A DNA stretch of 64,000 bases, taken from positions 23,436,001 to 23,500,000 of the forward strand of contig OZ249448.1 of NCBI GenBank assembly GCA_965235115.1. Direction: 5' to 3'. Position numbers and translations under genes: made by a program. This document shows, piece after piece, positions 51,601-63,820 of the stretch. This DNA is from Laetmonice hystrix (taxonomy: Eukaryota). The notes under the pieces were generated by a model. It was not told where the DNA came from and ran no database searches. It saw only the letters and a program-made list of their open reading frames with translations. The stretch's first letter is position 1. Every line of letters starts with the position of its first letter.

Positions 51601-53073
51601 GGGGAAGGACGGGTTTGGTAGTGTTGTAGTTCCAGATAAGGCCCCCAGATGGAGCGTCAGTGGAGAACAGGCGGACAGCGCCGGTAAGCCACAGGAGGGA
51701 CCCTGTCTGACGGTGAAACCTTCCCTTATCGCCCTTCTATCAGACTGACGTCGTGTATTCCCTGTGAAGTCCGAAATCTTTGTCGCTCAGGTTCCAGATT
51801 GAAAGTAATCGATGATATGCAGAGGAGCCAGTTGACGCAAACATGGCCTTGCCAGACGTGAGATAAGACATGCGGAAGATGGGATCCATCGCGACAATGT
51901 CATGTTCAGTCTTCTTGATTTCAACTTAACCTGGTCGGGTCTAAAAACTCGGAGGCAAATATTTTAATGTCTGGTTTTTGTCGCAATGGGCAAAGACTGC
52001 TATTCTCAATATAAGCATTCCTGTGATCTCGAAACTAGATATCTCAGCCAGTGGAAAGGTTTAAAAAATATATAATTAAGGTGATCATTGTGTCAAAGGT
52101 CTGAGAAACAGATCAGTTGAAGTCATATGTTTTGATCCTGGCAAAGACGGAAGAAAAATTGATTATTTGTAATAAGTAAGATGTGCACATTTTTGTGTGG
52201 ATTCGTTTTTTTTTGCTTGATAAAAGAGGCAACCGGGTTTCATTTGACAGACATGATCATCTCCGAGGCATCTTTTACAATTTAAAGTTTTGTTTGTTTT
52301 TGTTTAATAAAAAGAGAGATAAAGGCATGATTTGGGGTCCTGGGACATGTCTCTGGAATCTATCACTTTAGATTTCATTGCTTACAGAAGGAAGGAGTGT
52401 GTACGACTGAGGAGCAGGCAATTGGGTCGGAGAATACGGATACCTCACCACGCTCGGATTGAGCTCCTCCATCAGGAGAAACGAGCTTCATTTGTCGTGG
52501 GATAAGAATTTGAATTTGGAGTGGGGTCTTTCACGAAGAGGTATATAACAGTTTATGTCAAAAGTTGGCATTTGCTGTGATGATTTCTAAAATTATACCA
52601 TTACGTCAAGGTGTTAGCCGAACCTCTATCAGAATATGAGGAAACGGTAGCAATATACATCTAAGTACAATAGGAACCGTGAAGTGTATCGCACACACAT
52701 ATGGTCATACATATATCCCATGAAGTGTGGTAGAGGAAGCAGTTTGGTGGTTGATGGAGTAGAACGGGAGGCTGGGAAGGTGAGGGGGGAGGACGAGTCC
52801 TGTAGGATGGAGTGAGACAGGAGAGGAAGGCCACAGGTGGCATGGAATGATGTATTCCTGTCTCTGGCTTCAGGTCTCTCAATCAAACACCGCTTCAAAC
52901 CAGTGTAAACAACTCGGCTTTCTGTTTCTGGAAATTCAACGTTTGGTCATATATGTGACCATACACAAAGTCCGTGTCTGCATGCACTGGTGGGTCGGCA
53001 AGGAGAACCCTGTGGAGGGAGGTGGCTGTCTGTATCTGTGTGTCTGATGCCGGCATGTCGGGCACGTGGTCAG

Positions 53074-55357
53074 TGGTATAACGGTGGCCTGAGATCGTCT
53101 GGGGATCTACCGCTCCAACACAACAACAGGAGGCAGATAGAACCGTTTCTACTGTAGTCCGATACAGATCTGTGCGTGGTATAACGGTGGCCTGAGATCG
53201 TCTGGGGATCTACCCACTCCAACACAACAACAGGAGGCTGATAGAACCGTTTCTACTGTAGTCAGATACAGATCTGTGCTTGGTATAATGGTGGCCTCAG
53301 ATCGTCTGGGGATCTACCCCCTCCAACACAACAACAGGAGGCTGATAGAACCGTTTCTACTGTAGTCCGATACAGATATGTGCGTGGTATAACGGTGGCC
53401 TCAGATCGTCTGGGGATCTACCCCCTCCAACACAACAACAGGAGGCTGATAGAACCGTTTCTACTGTAGTCAGATACAGATCTGTGCGTGGTATAACGGT
53501 GGCCTCAGATCGTCTGGGGATCTACCCACTCCAACACAACAACAGGAGGCTGATAGAACCGTTTCTACTGTAGTCCGATACAGATCTGTGCTTGGTATAA
53601 TGGTGGCCTCAGATCGTCTGGGGATCTACCCCCTCCAACACAACAACAGGAGGCTGATAGAACCGTTTCTACTGTAGTCCGATACAGATCTGTGCTTGGT
53701 ATAACGGTGGCCTCAGATCGTCTGGGGATCTACCCCCTCCAACACAACAACAGGAGGCTGATAGAACCGTTTCTACTGTAGTCCGATACAGGTCTGTGCG
53801 TGGTATAACGGTGGCCTCAGATCGTCTGGGGATCTACCCCCTCCAACACAACAACAGGCTGATAGAACTGTTTCTACTGTAGTCCGATACAGATCTGTGC
53901 GTGGTATAACGGTGGCCTGAGATCGTCTGGGGATCTACCCCCTCCAACACAACAACAGGAGGCTGATAGAACCGTTTCTACTGTAGTCCGATACAGATCT
54001 GTGCGTGGTATAACGGTGGCCTGAGATCGTCTGGGGATCTACCCCCTCCAACACAACAACAGGAGGCTGATAGAACCGTTTCTACTGTAGTCCGATACAG
54101 ATCTGTGCGTGGTATAACGGTGGCCTCAGATCGTCTGGGGATCTACCCCCTCCAACACAACAACAGGAGGCTGATAGAACCGTTTCTACTGTAGTCAGAT
54201 ACAGATCTGTGCGTGGTATAACGGTGGCCTGAGATCGTCTGGGGATCTACCCCCTCCAGCACAACAACAGGAGGCTGATAGAACCGTTTCTACTGTAGTC
54301 CGATACAGATCTGTGCGTGGTATAACGGTGGTCTCAGATCGTCTGGCGATCTACCCCCTACAACACAACAACAGGAGGCTGATAGAACCGTTTCTACTGT
54401 AGTCAGATACAGATCTGTGCGTGGTATAACGGTGGCCTCAGATCGTCTGGGGATCTACCCCCTCCAACACAACAACAGGAGGCCGATAGAACTGTTTCTA
54501 CTGTAGTCCGATACAGATCTGTGCGTGGTATAACGGTGGCCTCAGATCGTCTGGGGATCTACCCCCTCCAGCACAACAACAGGAGGCTGATAGAACCGTT
54601 TCTACTGTAGTCTGATACAGATCTGTACGTGGTATAACGGTGGCCTGAGATCGTCTGGGGATCTACCCCCTCCAACACAACAACAGGAGGCTGATAGAAC
54701 CGTTTCTACTGTAGTCTGATACAGATCTGTACGTGGTATAACGGTGGCCTCAGATCGTCTGGGGATCTACCCCCTCCAACACAACAACAGGAGGCTGATA
54801 GAACCGTTTCTACTGTAGTCAGATACAGATCTGTGCGTGGTATAACGGTGGCCTGAGATCGTCTGGGGATCTACCCCCTCCAGCACAACAACAGGAGGCT
54901 GATAGAACCGTTTCTACTGTAGTCCGATACAGATCTGTGCGTGGTATAACGGTGGTCTCAGATCGTCTGGCGATCTACCCCCTACAACACAACAACAGGA
55001 GGCTGATAGAACCGTTTCTACTGTAGTCAGATACAGATCTGTGCGTGGTATAACGGTGGCCTGAGATCGTCTGGGGATCTACCCCCTCCAACACAACAAC
55101 AGGAGGCTGATAGAACCGTTTCTACTGTAGTCAGATACAGATCTGTGCGTGGTATAACGGTGGCCTCAGATCGTCTGGGGATCTACCCCCTCCAACACAA
55201 CAACAGGAGGCTGATAGAACCGTTTCTACTGTAGTCCGATACAGATCTGTGCGTGGTATAACGGTGGCCTCAGATCGTCTGGGGATCTACCCCCTCCAAC
55301 ACAACAACAGGAGGCTGATAGAACCGTTTCTACTGTAGTCAGATACAGATCTGTGCG
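53074..55357. repeat. Satellite array, 104-bp unit, about 22 copies
   Basis: Seen: tggtataacggtggcctcagatcgtctggggatctaccccctccaacacaacaacaggaggctgatagaaccgtttctactgtagtccgatacagatctgtgcg repeated. Confidence 0.98.
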
Positions 55358-55603
55358 TTTGTAATACCGCGAAGTGGAGTCGGCAGTATAGAAGGCTTCA
55401 CAGTCGTCGGCCAGTGCAGACACCTATTAGATGTCAGAAATGAACTTATGTTAATGATGCGATATTTAGGGGAGAGCGACTTGGTGAGGGCACTATCTGC
55501 ATAGAGAGTGGCCTTCCTAATTTGTTGGTGTGTATGCACACGGTCTGGCCGGAGTAGTGCTGTAAAGATTGCCCTCCTAATAGTGCCGTACTTTGGAGAC
55601 TGT

Positions 55604-55840
55604 GGAGACAGGGCCCAGGCCGGGAATAGACCGTGGAGACGGGGTCCAGGCCGGGAATGAACGCTGGAGACGGGGCCCAGGCCGGGAATGAACGCTGGAG
55701 ACGGGGTCCAGGCCGGGAATGAACGCTGGAGACGGGGCCCAGGCCGGGAATGAACGCTGGAGACGGGGTCCAGGCCGGGAATGAACGCTGGAGACGGGGC
55801 CCAGGCCGGGAATGAACGCTGGAGACGGGGCCTTGGAGAC
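55604..55840. repeat. GC-rich minisatellite, 31-bp unit alternating as a 62-bp dimer, about 7.5 copies
   Basis: Seen: ggagacgggg(c/t)ccaggccgggaatgaacgct, with strict C/T alternation between successive units. Confidence 0.96.
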
Positions 55841-56815
55841 GATGCGACTTCCGCGTGTCAAATAACAAATTGTACAGATGAGATCCGATGTGCCTCTCGG
55901 TTGGAGATTTGAGCTTTTGTTTAAGATGCAGGAAATGTTACACGCAATGCAATAATATCGATGTTCAGTTGGTCTCCATTTTAATCTATTTTCAGTTTGC
56001 TGTAGTAAATAATTGTAATGACCAAATGTTACCGTGCCCTTCTAGATCTCTCCTCTACAGATTAGTTAACAGTTTCCTGTAGACACATTCTAATTTAGGA
56101 TGATCAGAAGGATGTTGACAGGTGCAGTACACCTTTTTTTGTCGTCCCACTCTGAGTGACAATGAACTGTGGTGTGAACTGTGGCGTCAGTCTGACATAT
56201 TCAGTTACCCTGTCCGTGTGACGTCAGCGAAAGTTAAGCGTCAGCTGTGCACTTTTTACTTGAAGCGTCAAAGAGGATTTCTTGGTGACGCTTCAGCTTG
56301 AACTTTTTTTTGTAAATTAAGCGTCAGCTGTGGAGCTTTTGGTGAAGCGTCAGTATTTTATTTATCTACCGACAGTAATAGTTTGAATTATGTAAATGTA
56401 TGTGTTCGTGTTCGTGCACATAAAATGCAATTTCTTTATTTTGTTATAATTATCTAGAAAATCATCTGTGTTAGGGGACCACGTTGTTTCTGGTCGCCTG
56501 TCAACATTTATAGACAAAAAAACCCAGGTGCAATTTATGTACAATGATCTAGAATTACCGTGGTAGAAAATTAGATAAGCAAAAAGTAAGGTTACCGGTT
56601 GCCATGGTAATTCAATCCATCACCTAGCGACACATGGGTGGCAGTCTCAGCTGTTTGATGGCGTCTTCCAGCAGGGATCAAATTAAGCCAATCCCATTTC
56701 TTGCCCCGTGCTCGCCACCATCATGGCGCATGGCGAATACAGATAAGCCGCCTGACCGCCATTTACAGTCATTTGTTAAAGCAACCTTTTACTGGCCTGG
56801 GCGGGCTGTTCTGAG

Positions 56816-58170
56816 TTCATGTTATCATACAAGACAGTTAGCGTAGGACAGATACGTGCTCAGATCCCTGTATGACCGCCTCAGTTCTCCGCTCCGTTAG
56901 GTCATGTTATCATACAAGACAGTTAGCGTAGGACAGATACGTGCTCAGATCCCCGTATCACCGCCTCAGTTCTCTGCTCCGTTAGTTCATGTTATCATAC
57001 AAGACAGTTAGCGTAGGACAGATACGTGCTCAGATCCCCGTATCACCGCCTCAGTTCTCCGCTCCGTTAGTTCATGTTATCATACAAGACAGTTAGCGTA
57101 GGACAGATACGTGCTCAGATCCCCGTATCACCGCCTCAGTTCTCCGCTCCGTTAGGTCATGTTATCATACAAGACAGTTAGCGTAGGACAGATACGTGCT
57201 CAGATCCCCGTATCACCGCCTCAGTTCTCCGCTCCGTTAGGTCATGTTATCATACAAGACAGTTAGCGTAGGACAGATACGTGCTCAGATCCCCGTATCA
57301 CCGCCTCAGTTCTCCGCTCCGTTAGGTCATGTTATCATACAAGACAGTTAGCGTAGGACAGATACGTGCTCAGATCCCCGTATCACCGCCTCAGTTCTCT
57401 GCTCCGTTACGTCATGTTATCATACAAGACAGTTAGCGTAGGACAGATACGTGCTCAGATCCCCGTATCACCGCCTCAGTTCTCTGCTCCGTTAGGTCAT
57501 GTTATCATACAAGACAGTTAGCGTAGGACAGATACGTGCTCAGATCCCCGTATCACCGCCTCAGTTCTCCGCTCCGTTAGGTCATGTTATCATACAAGAC
57601 AGTTAGCGTAGGACAGATACGTGCTCAGATCCCCGTATCACCGCCTCAGTTCTCCGCTCCGTTAGGTCATGTTATCATACAAGACAGTTAGCGTAGGACA
57701 GATACGTGCTCAGATCCCCGTATCACCGCCTCAGTTCTCCGCTCCGTTAGGTCATGTTATCATACAAGACAGTTAGCGTAGGACAGATACGTGCTCAGAT
57801 CCCCGTATCACCGCCTCAGTTCTCCGCTCCGTTAGGTCATGTTATCATACAAGACAGTTAGCGTAGGACAGATACGTGCTCAGATCCCCGTATCACCGCC
57901 TCAGTTCTCCGCTCCGTTAGGTCATGTTATCATACAAGACAGTTAGCGTAGGACAGATACGTGCTCAGATCCCCGTATCACCGCCTCAGTTCTCCGCTCC
58001 GTTAGGTCATGTTATCATACAAGACAGTTAGCGTAGGACAGATACGTGCTCAGATCCCCGTATCACCGCCTCAGTTCTCCGCTCCGTTAGGTCATGTTAT
58101 CATACAAGACAGTTAGCGTAGGACAGATACGTGCTCAGATCCCCGTATCACCGCCTCAGTTCTCCGCTCC
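56816..58170. repeat. Highly homogeneous satellite array, 85-bp unit, about 16 copies
   Basis: Seen: gtcatgttatcatacaagacagttagcgtaggacagatacgtgctcagatccccgtatcaccgcctcagttctccgctccgttag repeated. Confidence 0.98.
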
Positions 58171-59717
58171 ATTACGTACTCTGCCCCATACATGGATTAT
58201 GTCATGGATATATTTTGAGTTGAGAATTCTAAAATCGTCTTAGACTTGAAAGATCATATTATTAGCGAGTCATGATCTCGAATAATTCTTACCTCAATGG
58301 ATTGTTAGGAGTTTTATCAGTTATGTAGACACCTGGCCTCTCCCTCATTTATTAGATATGAAAACAATTATATGCTGATGTTGACTTGGCGAGTAGTCTG
58401 AAATTTTCAGAGAATCCATTTATTTTAAATGTGTTCCATTTATCAAATTACCCTGGACCCTGTTGATACCTTACGAGTCACTTGACACTGAGTGGGCCCG
58501 CTTCTTAGTGTGGCTACATTATCACCATGCTGTTAAAATTTCCTGACTCATTCTAAAGAATTAACAGTAGAGGCCTTGAGCAAACAGTAACCACTGAAGG
58601 GGTGGAGTGGGGACCGGCTGGGGACGGTTTCAGTCATTACTCCGCACCTACTATGGGTTAGGGTTCGGGTAGGGCTAGGGATACGGTTGGGTTTTGTTTT
58701 TTGTTGGGGGGGGGGGGGTGGTGTTATGTTACCCCCCCCCCCCCCCCGACTGTAACTGTGGGGCTGCCGGATCTTCGGATTTATTTCAGGCCAGGAAAAT
58801 GACACAACCAGCAGAGAAAGTAAGAGTTACCCAAGATATATTCTAAGTTACCAGACACCCGTATGGGAGCTATAGTTTTGTAGCCAAGCTGTAAGGGGCT
58901 CATTGCTAGGCTTGCCTAGCCATGGGTGGAAACAACACTGGAGAAATTGATGCCACATGGCAGTGGGTTGAGTTCAAGCCAAACGTACCCGAGGACAGCC
59001 CGCGGCCGGTGGGTAGGGGGAGGGTTCACGGGGGGTGGAGGGGGGCAGGTAGGGGTTCTTCAAGCTGAAACCCTTGGCAGCCAGCATAGGTATGAGGGTT
59101 AGTCGGAACATTGAGATAATGAAATAATTCACAAGGAACTGCAGGGTAAATGCACGAATGATGTAGTACTGGCAGCTAGAGATAATCAAGATGGCAGAGG
59201 TAATACCTCAATCCATGTAAAGATGATCGCTCTCTTGTGAATGCTTCGTTCGTAACACATGGTAATGTTAGTAAAACCATGAAAAATACATTTTATTTAC
59301 AGGACTTGAATGACCCTAGATAGTTTAGGTGTAAGGTTCTAAAAGACCTGCCGGTTTCCTTATTACCGTTGGTTGGTTGGCCACGAGGTTGCCAATGGCA
59401 ACACAGACTAACCATTACTTGTTGCTAATGGGTCTACGTGCCAACAAACAGCCAACACCAGATGGCGCTCACTATCCGTGACCCTTTCAAGTGCCCCTCA
59501 TTTGCTAGAGCTTCAACAGAAATGGTTTCCATACACCTAAGTGTATGTTGCTATAGGTTACATATGGTTTCTAGGACGGAGACCAGTAATTGCCGTTAAC
59601 ACGTACTCGGCAACGGCGGCGAAGATTCCCAGGAAAATTAGGTTTTCCTTTTATAACAAGAAAACAAGTTGTGTCAAAACATACACTTCGTCTGGAAGAG
59701 ATGCAAAGATTTTTAGG

Positions 59718-59869
59718 CATCCCTGTTTTTCCAATTGTTTGGTGTTGTTTAGATCTCTGTTTTTCCAATTGTTTGGTGTGTTGAGAAGAGCTTCTCTGTT
59801 TTTCCAATTGTTTGGTGTGTTTAGAAGAGCATCTCTGTTTTTCCAATTGTTTGGTGTGTTTAGAAGAGA
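59718..59869. repeat. Tandem array, about 39-bp unit, 4 copies
   Basis: Seen: catctctgtttttccaattgtttggtgtgtttagaagag. Confidence 0.93.
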
Positions 59870-60361
59870 ACTTATGAAATTTCTATACGTTATGTACACA
59901 AATTAATTGCAGCAAAGAGCTATCCGATTAAAGTGTGCATCATTTATACCAGCGATACAAATTGCAGGCATGCTATGTCCTGTCTTCTCAAGCTCTCCGC
60001 CACTACCCGTCTTTGATAGATGAGGCAGACATTGAGAAGCTGATGGCTGGAATATTATCAGGTGGCTATCATAAGTGGCTGCTTCTCCTGTGGTCTTACA
60101 GATAAATATTTCAAGATGACAGTGAGATTCATGAGGACAGACCTTACACTCAAGTCATAGCGGGATGTGATTTAACATCTACCATTCATTGAAAAGGCAC
60201 TGAGACTGGGCGTTAATCTCTACGTCTAGGTCTCTTAGGTTCTAGAGCCCGGGCCCTCCCCCAAGTAAATTACTACCACCAAAAGCTGTCTAGACTTATT
60301 TGTTTCAAAATGGCTCCTCTACTCCTTCAACTCATCTCCGAACGGTGAAAACCTGAGAAGT

Positions 60362-60505
60362 CCAGGGCCCAGTTCGGTAAAACTTAAAATCTTGCTTAAG
60401 CTTAAGCTTAAGGCTTCTGATTGGCTGACCTACTGAGGCCAGCCAATCAGAAGCCTTAAGCTTAAGCTTAAGCAAGATCTTAAGTTTTTCCGAACTGGGT
60501 CCTGG
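60362..60505. mobile_element. 144-bp palindromic (foldback) MITE-like element
   Basis: Seen: 70-bp arms with 4 mismatches around a 4-nt loop (actg, 60432-60435), with internal (CTTAAG)3. The GGGCCC-type ends recall PIF/Harbinger-derived MITEs (inference). Confidence 0.7.
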
Positions 60506-60724
60506 TGAAGCGATCCTCATGTTCTGAGTGGAGTAACAGACCATCGTGTTTTACCACATGGTCACCTCTGATGTGGAGACTGTGAACTGCTGCTGTGATG
60601 TCGGTACTCGTAAATTAAAGAGTCACAAAATCTTTCTCTTTAGTGTCAATTATTCCGTACTCCTTCACTGGGGTTCCATCTTTTACACGAAAGGGAAGGG
60701 ACATGGAGCAGTGATACAAAATAT

Positions 60725-61270
60725 CAAAATAGGGATATGGCAAGGGAAACAACCTGTGTGTATGATGGTTTTTATTTGTATGAGTACAAAATAACAAAAT
60801 AGGGATATGGCAAGGGAAACAACCTGTGTGCATGATGGTTTTTATTTGTATGAGTACAAAATAACAAAATAGGGATATGGCAAGGGAAACAACCTGTGTG
60901 TATGATGGCTTTTATTTGTATGAGTACAAAATAACAAAATAGGGATATGGCAAGGGAAACAACCTGTGTGTATGATGGCTTTTATTTGTACGAGTACAAA
61001 ATAACAAAATAGGGATATGGCAAGGGAAACAACCTGTGTGTATGATGGCTTTTATTTGTATGAGTACAAAATAACAAAATAGGGATATAGCAAGGGAAAC
61101 AACCTGTGTGTGTGAGGGCTTTTATTTGTATGAGTACAAAATAACAAAATAGGGATATAGCAAAGTTAACAACCTGTGTGTATGATGGCTTTTATTTGTA
61201 TGAGTACAAAATAACAAAATAGGGATATGGCAAGGGAAACAACCTGTGTGTGTGATGGCTTTTATTTGTA
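60725..61270. repeat. AT-rich tandem array, 70-bp unit, about 7.8 copies
   Basis: Seen: caaaatagggatatggcaagggaaacaacctgtgtgtatgatggtttttatttgtatgagtacaaaataa. Confidence 0.97.
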
Positions 61271-62595
61271 GGAGTGGGTGACTAGGATCTTCCCAGTAAA
61301 TCTCAGGATGCAGTCTGGCTATGTTTAGGTTGAGTTCGGAAGCACCGACTCCCTCGTAAACGTGCAGTTTGTGTTCAGTACGTCCTCTGTCATTAGTTTG
61401 ACATAATGGCCACAATCCACGCACGCAACACAAAAGGACTGAAAGCAAAACGACTCGCAGCCTTTCAGTTTTAGCCGGCCGTCGAGGATACGTTTTCCTG
61501 AGGCCTCAATGTACCTGCTCTGTTACTCTACACGTATCATAATGGTCATGTTCAATTATGTGGAGGCAGTTATCGCAGGTGAAAAATGATGAGTTGAATA
61601 GAATTGAACCGATTAATCAATACTCTCCCATTACTGGCGGCATTCCGTGTCTAAGAAAATGGGCTCAGCCCGCAGTGTTGGGTGGAGTTTTGTCCGGGAG
61701 TAATTGTTGGTGAGGTAAATGATATTGACAGGGGACAATGGAAGGCAGTGGGTGATGGTGTGTAGGGGTATGGTCCTAAATGAACGTATTATATCTGTGT
61801 CGGTGTTGGCGAGGTGGGGTGGGTGTTCTGGAAGGATCTATTTCATCTAGAACATGAGAGGAACATGGTTGTGTGGGACAGGATGTATTGGTGTGTGAGA
61901 ACGACAGAGGTTTCTGGAGGAATGAATACAAGTGATAATAGAATATAGTAGTTCATGATTTATGTATTTATCTGCTCAAAACATTCTGTGCTTCTAATGA
62001 GTCATAGGTAAAAATGCCATCACAACAAGTTCTTATATAAACTTCATGTTGCCCGGCTAGTTACCCCCAAAAAACCAGAACTACCACCTAAATGTATTGT
62101 ATGGATTTCTTTTTTTGGGGAATAAATATATGTATTGGGTTCATAAGAGAAACCCCCAATCTCCCAGAAATAATGGTATTGATAAAACAAACCAATAATA
62201 GGGGCATCGGTCTCGTTTTCATTGTAAAGATGTTCCACCGCGTATTCGGAAAGTGGGATGGACAAGACTTATTGCTCTCTGGGCTCTACTAGTATCTTTA
62301 AAAAAATCGTCTCAGGGGATATACGGGGGCTTTGTCTAAATGTGTACTTCCGCATTCAAAGATAATATCTCTCAGTTTCAGCGTGGGTATCAAACACAAC
62401 AATCATTTCCCTGGAAATCCTTTGAAAGGGCGATATATTTGATCAGTGTTTGAAACGGGTTCCCCTTCGAGGATTATAGGAAATGTGTTTTGAAGAAAAA
62501 CGCGTGATGTAATGTTGGGTGAAGGTCTGTGTTTGAGGGATTGATTGAATGGTGGGGAGGGTGGATACATGAGATAGATAGAAGTCTTGTGAACG

Positions 62596-62644
62596 GTGAC
62601 AGGTGCCCGTGACAGGTGCCCGTGACAGGTGCCCGTGACAGGTG
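62596..62644. repeat. 13-bp tandem repeat, about 3.7 copies
   Basis: Seen: gtgacaggtgccc. Confidence 0.9.
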
Positions 62645-62787
62645 TCATAGGTCACGGCATTCAACTGGTGTCCTACCCGTCCTCATTCTCACCGTGTTAC
62701 CATGGATACTGAGATTAAAACCATGACATCAGATTATCTATCACAGTGGAAGTGGTCTGAAAGATCAAGGTGGATGCTTTAATACAA

Positions 62788-63270
62788 ATCCTTTTAGAGG
62801 CTTACTGGAGCTACATCCGTTTTGAGGCTTACTGGAGCTGCATCCTTTTTGAGACTTACTGGAGCTGCATCCTTTCTGAGGCTTACTGGAGCTGCATCCT
62901 TTTTGAGACTTACTGGAGCTGCATCCTTTTTGAGACTTACTGGAGCTGCATCCTTTCTGAGGCTTACTGGAGCTGCATCCTTTTTGAGGCTTACTGGAGC
63001 TGCATCCTTTTTGAGGCTTACTGGAGCTGCATCCATTTCAAAGCTTACTGGAGCTGCATCCTTTTCGAGGCTTACTGGAGCTGCATCCTTTTTGAGGCTT
63101 ACTGGAGCTGCATCCTTTTTGAGGCTTACTAGAGCTGCATCCTTTTCAAAGCTTACTGGAGCGGCATCCTTTTAGAGGCTTACTGGAGCGGCATCCTTTT
63201 TGAGGCTTACTGGAGCTGCATCCTTTTTGAGGCTTACTGGAGCGGCATCCTTTTCGAGGCTTACTGGAGC
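62788..63270. repeat. Minisatellite, 27-bp unit, about 18 copies
   Basis: Seen: gaggcttactggagctgcatccttttt repeated. Confidence 0.97.
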
Positions 63271-63820
63271 TTCAACCCTCTTGTAGGTGTTATTGTTTTT
63301 GTCTGAAAGATAAAAGAAATCCATATAAATTAGCCTAACTTATTATGTTTTTGTCGGAGTGGCCATTTTGGCTGTGATAGACTGATAGACTACCAATGAC
63401 ACACTCTCACGATGGTTCTGATCATGCCTTTCCTCAAGTAGTATCCAATGACCTCAGCAAGTAGAGATGATCGCTGAAGATGAAGATCTCCTCATGTATA
63501 ACTAGGTAACATCTTATACAAACATTAGTGGACTTTGGTAGAGACTGAGCCCTGAGCATGGCGAGGTTATGTCTGAGGGAGGGGGGGGGGGGGGGCTGTC
63601 TGCTTGGTGAAATAATGCTGACAGAATACTACTGAAAAAGGAAACAAGCCATATCAAACATATCATTGAACACACACCCTGCGGGCCAGCTCCGGTAGGT
63701 CGTAGGCTGACTAGCCTTCCACTTCGTCTCAACCCAATCTCTCTGATTAGCCAATAGGCTCATAACTTTACACAAATCAATCTATTTGGATGCCATGGCT
63801 ACGGGAGAAAGTGGAATCCT

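Noticed and set aside
62770-63175. (EAYWSCILF)n and related ORFs
   Set aside because: Artefacts of the 27-bp minisatellite.
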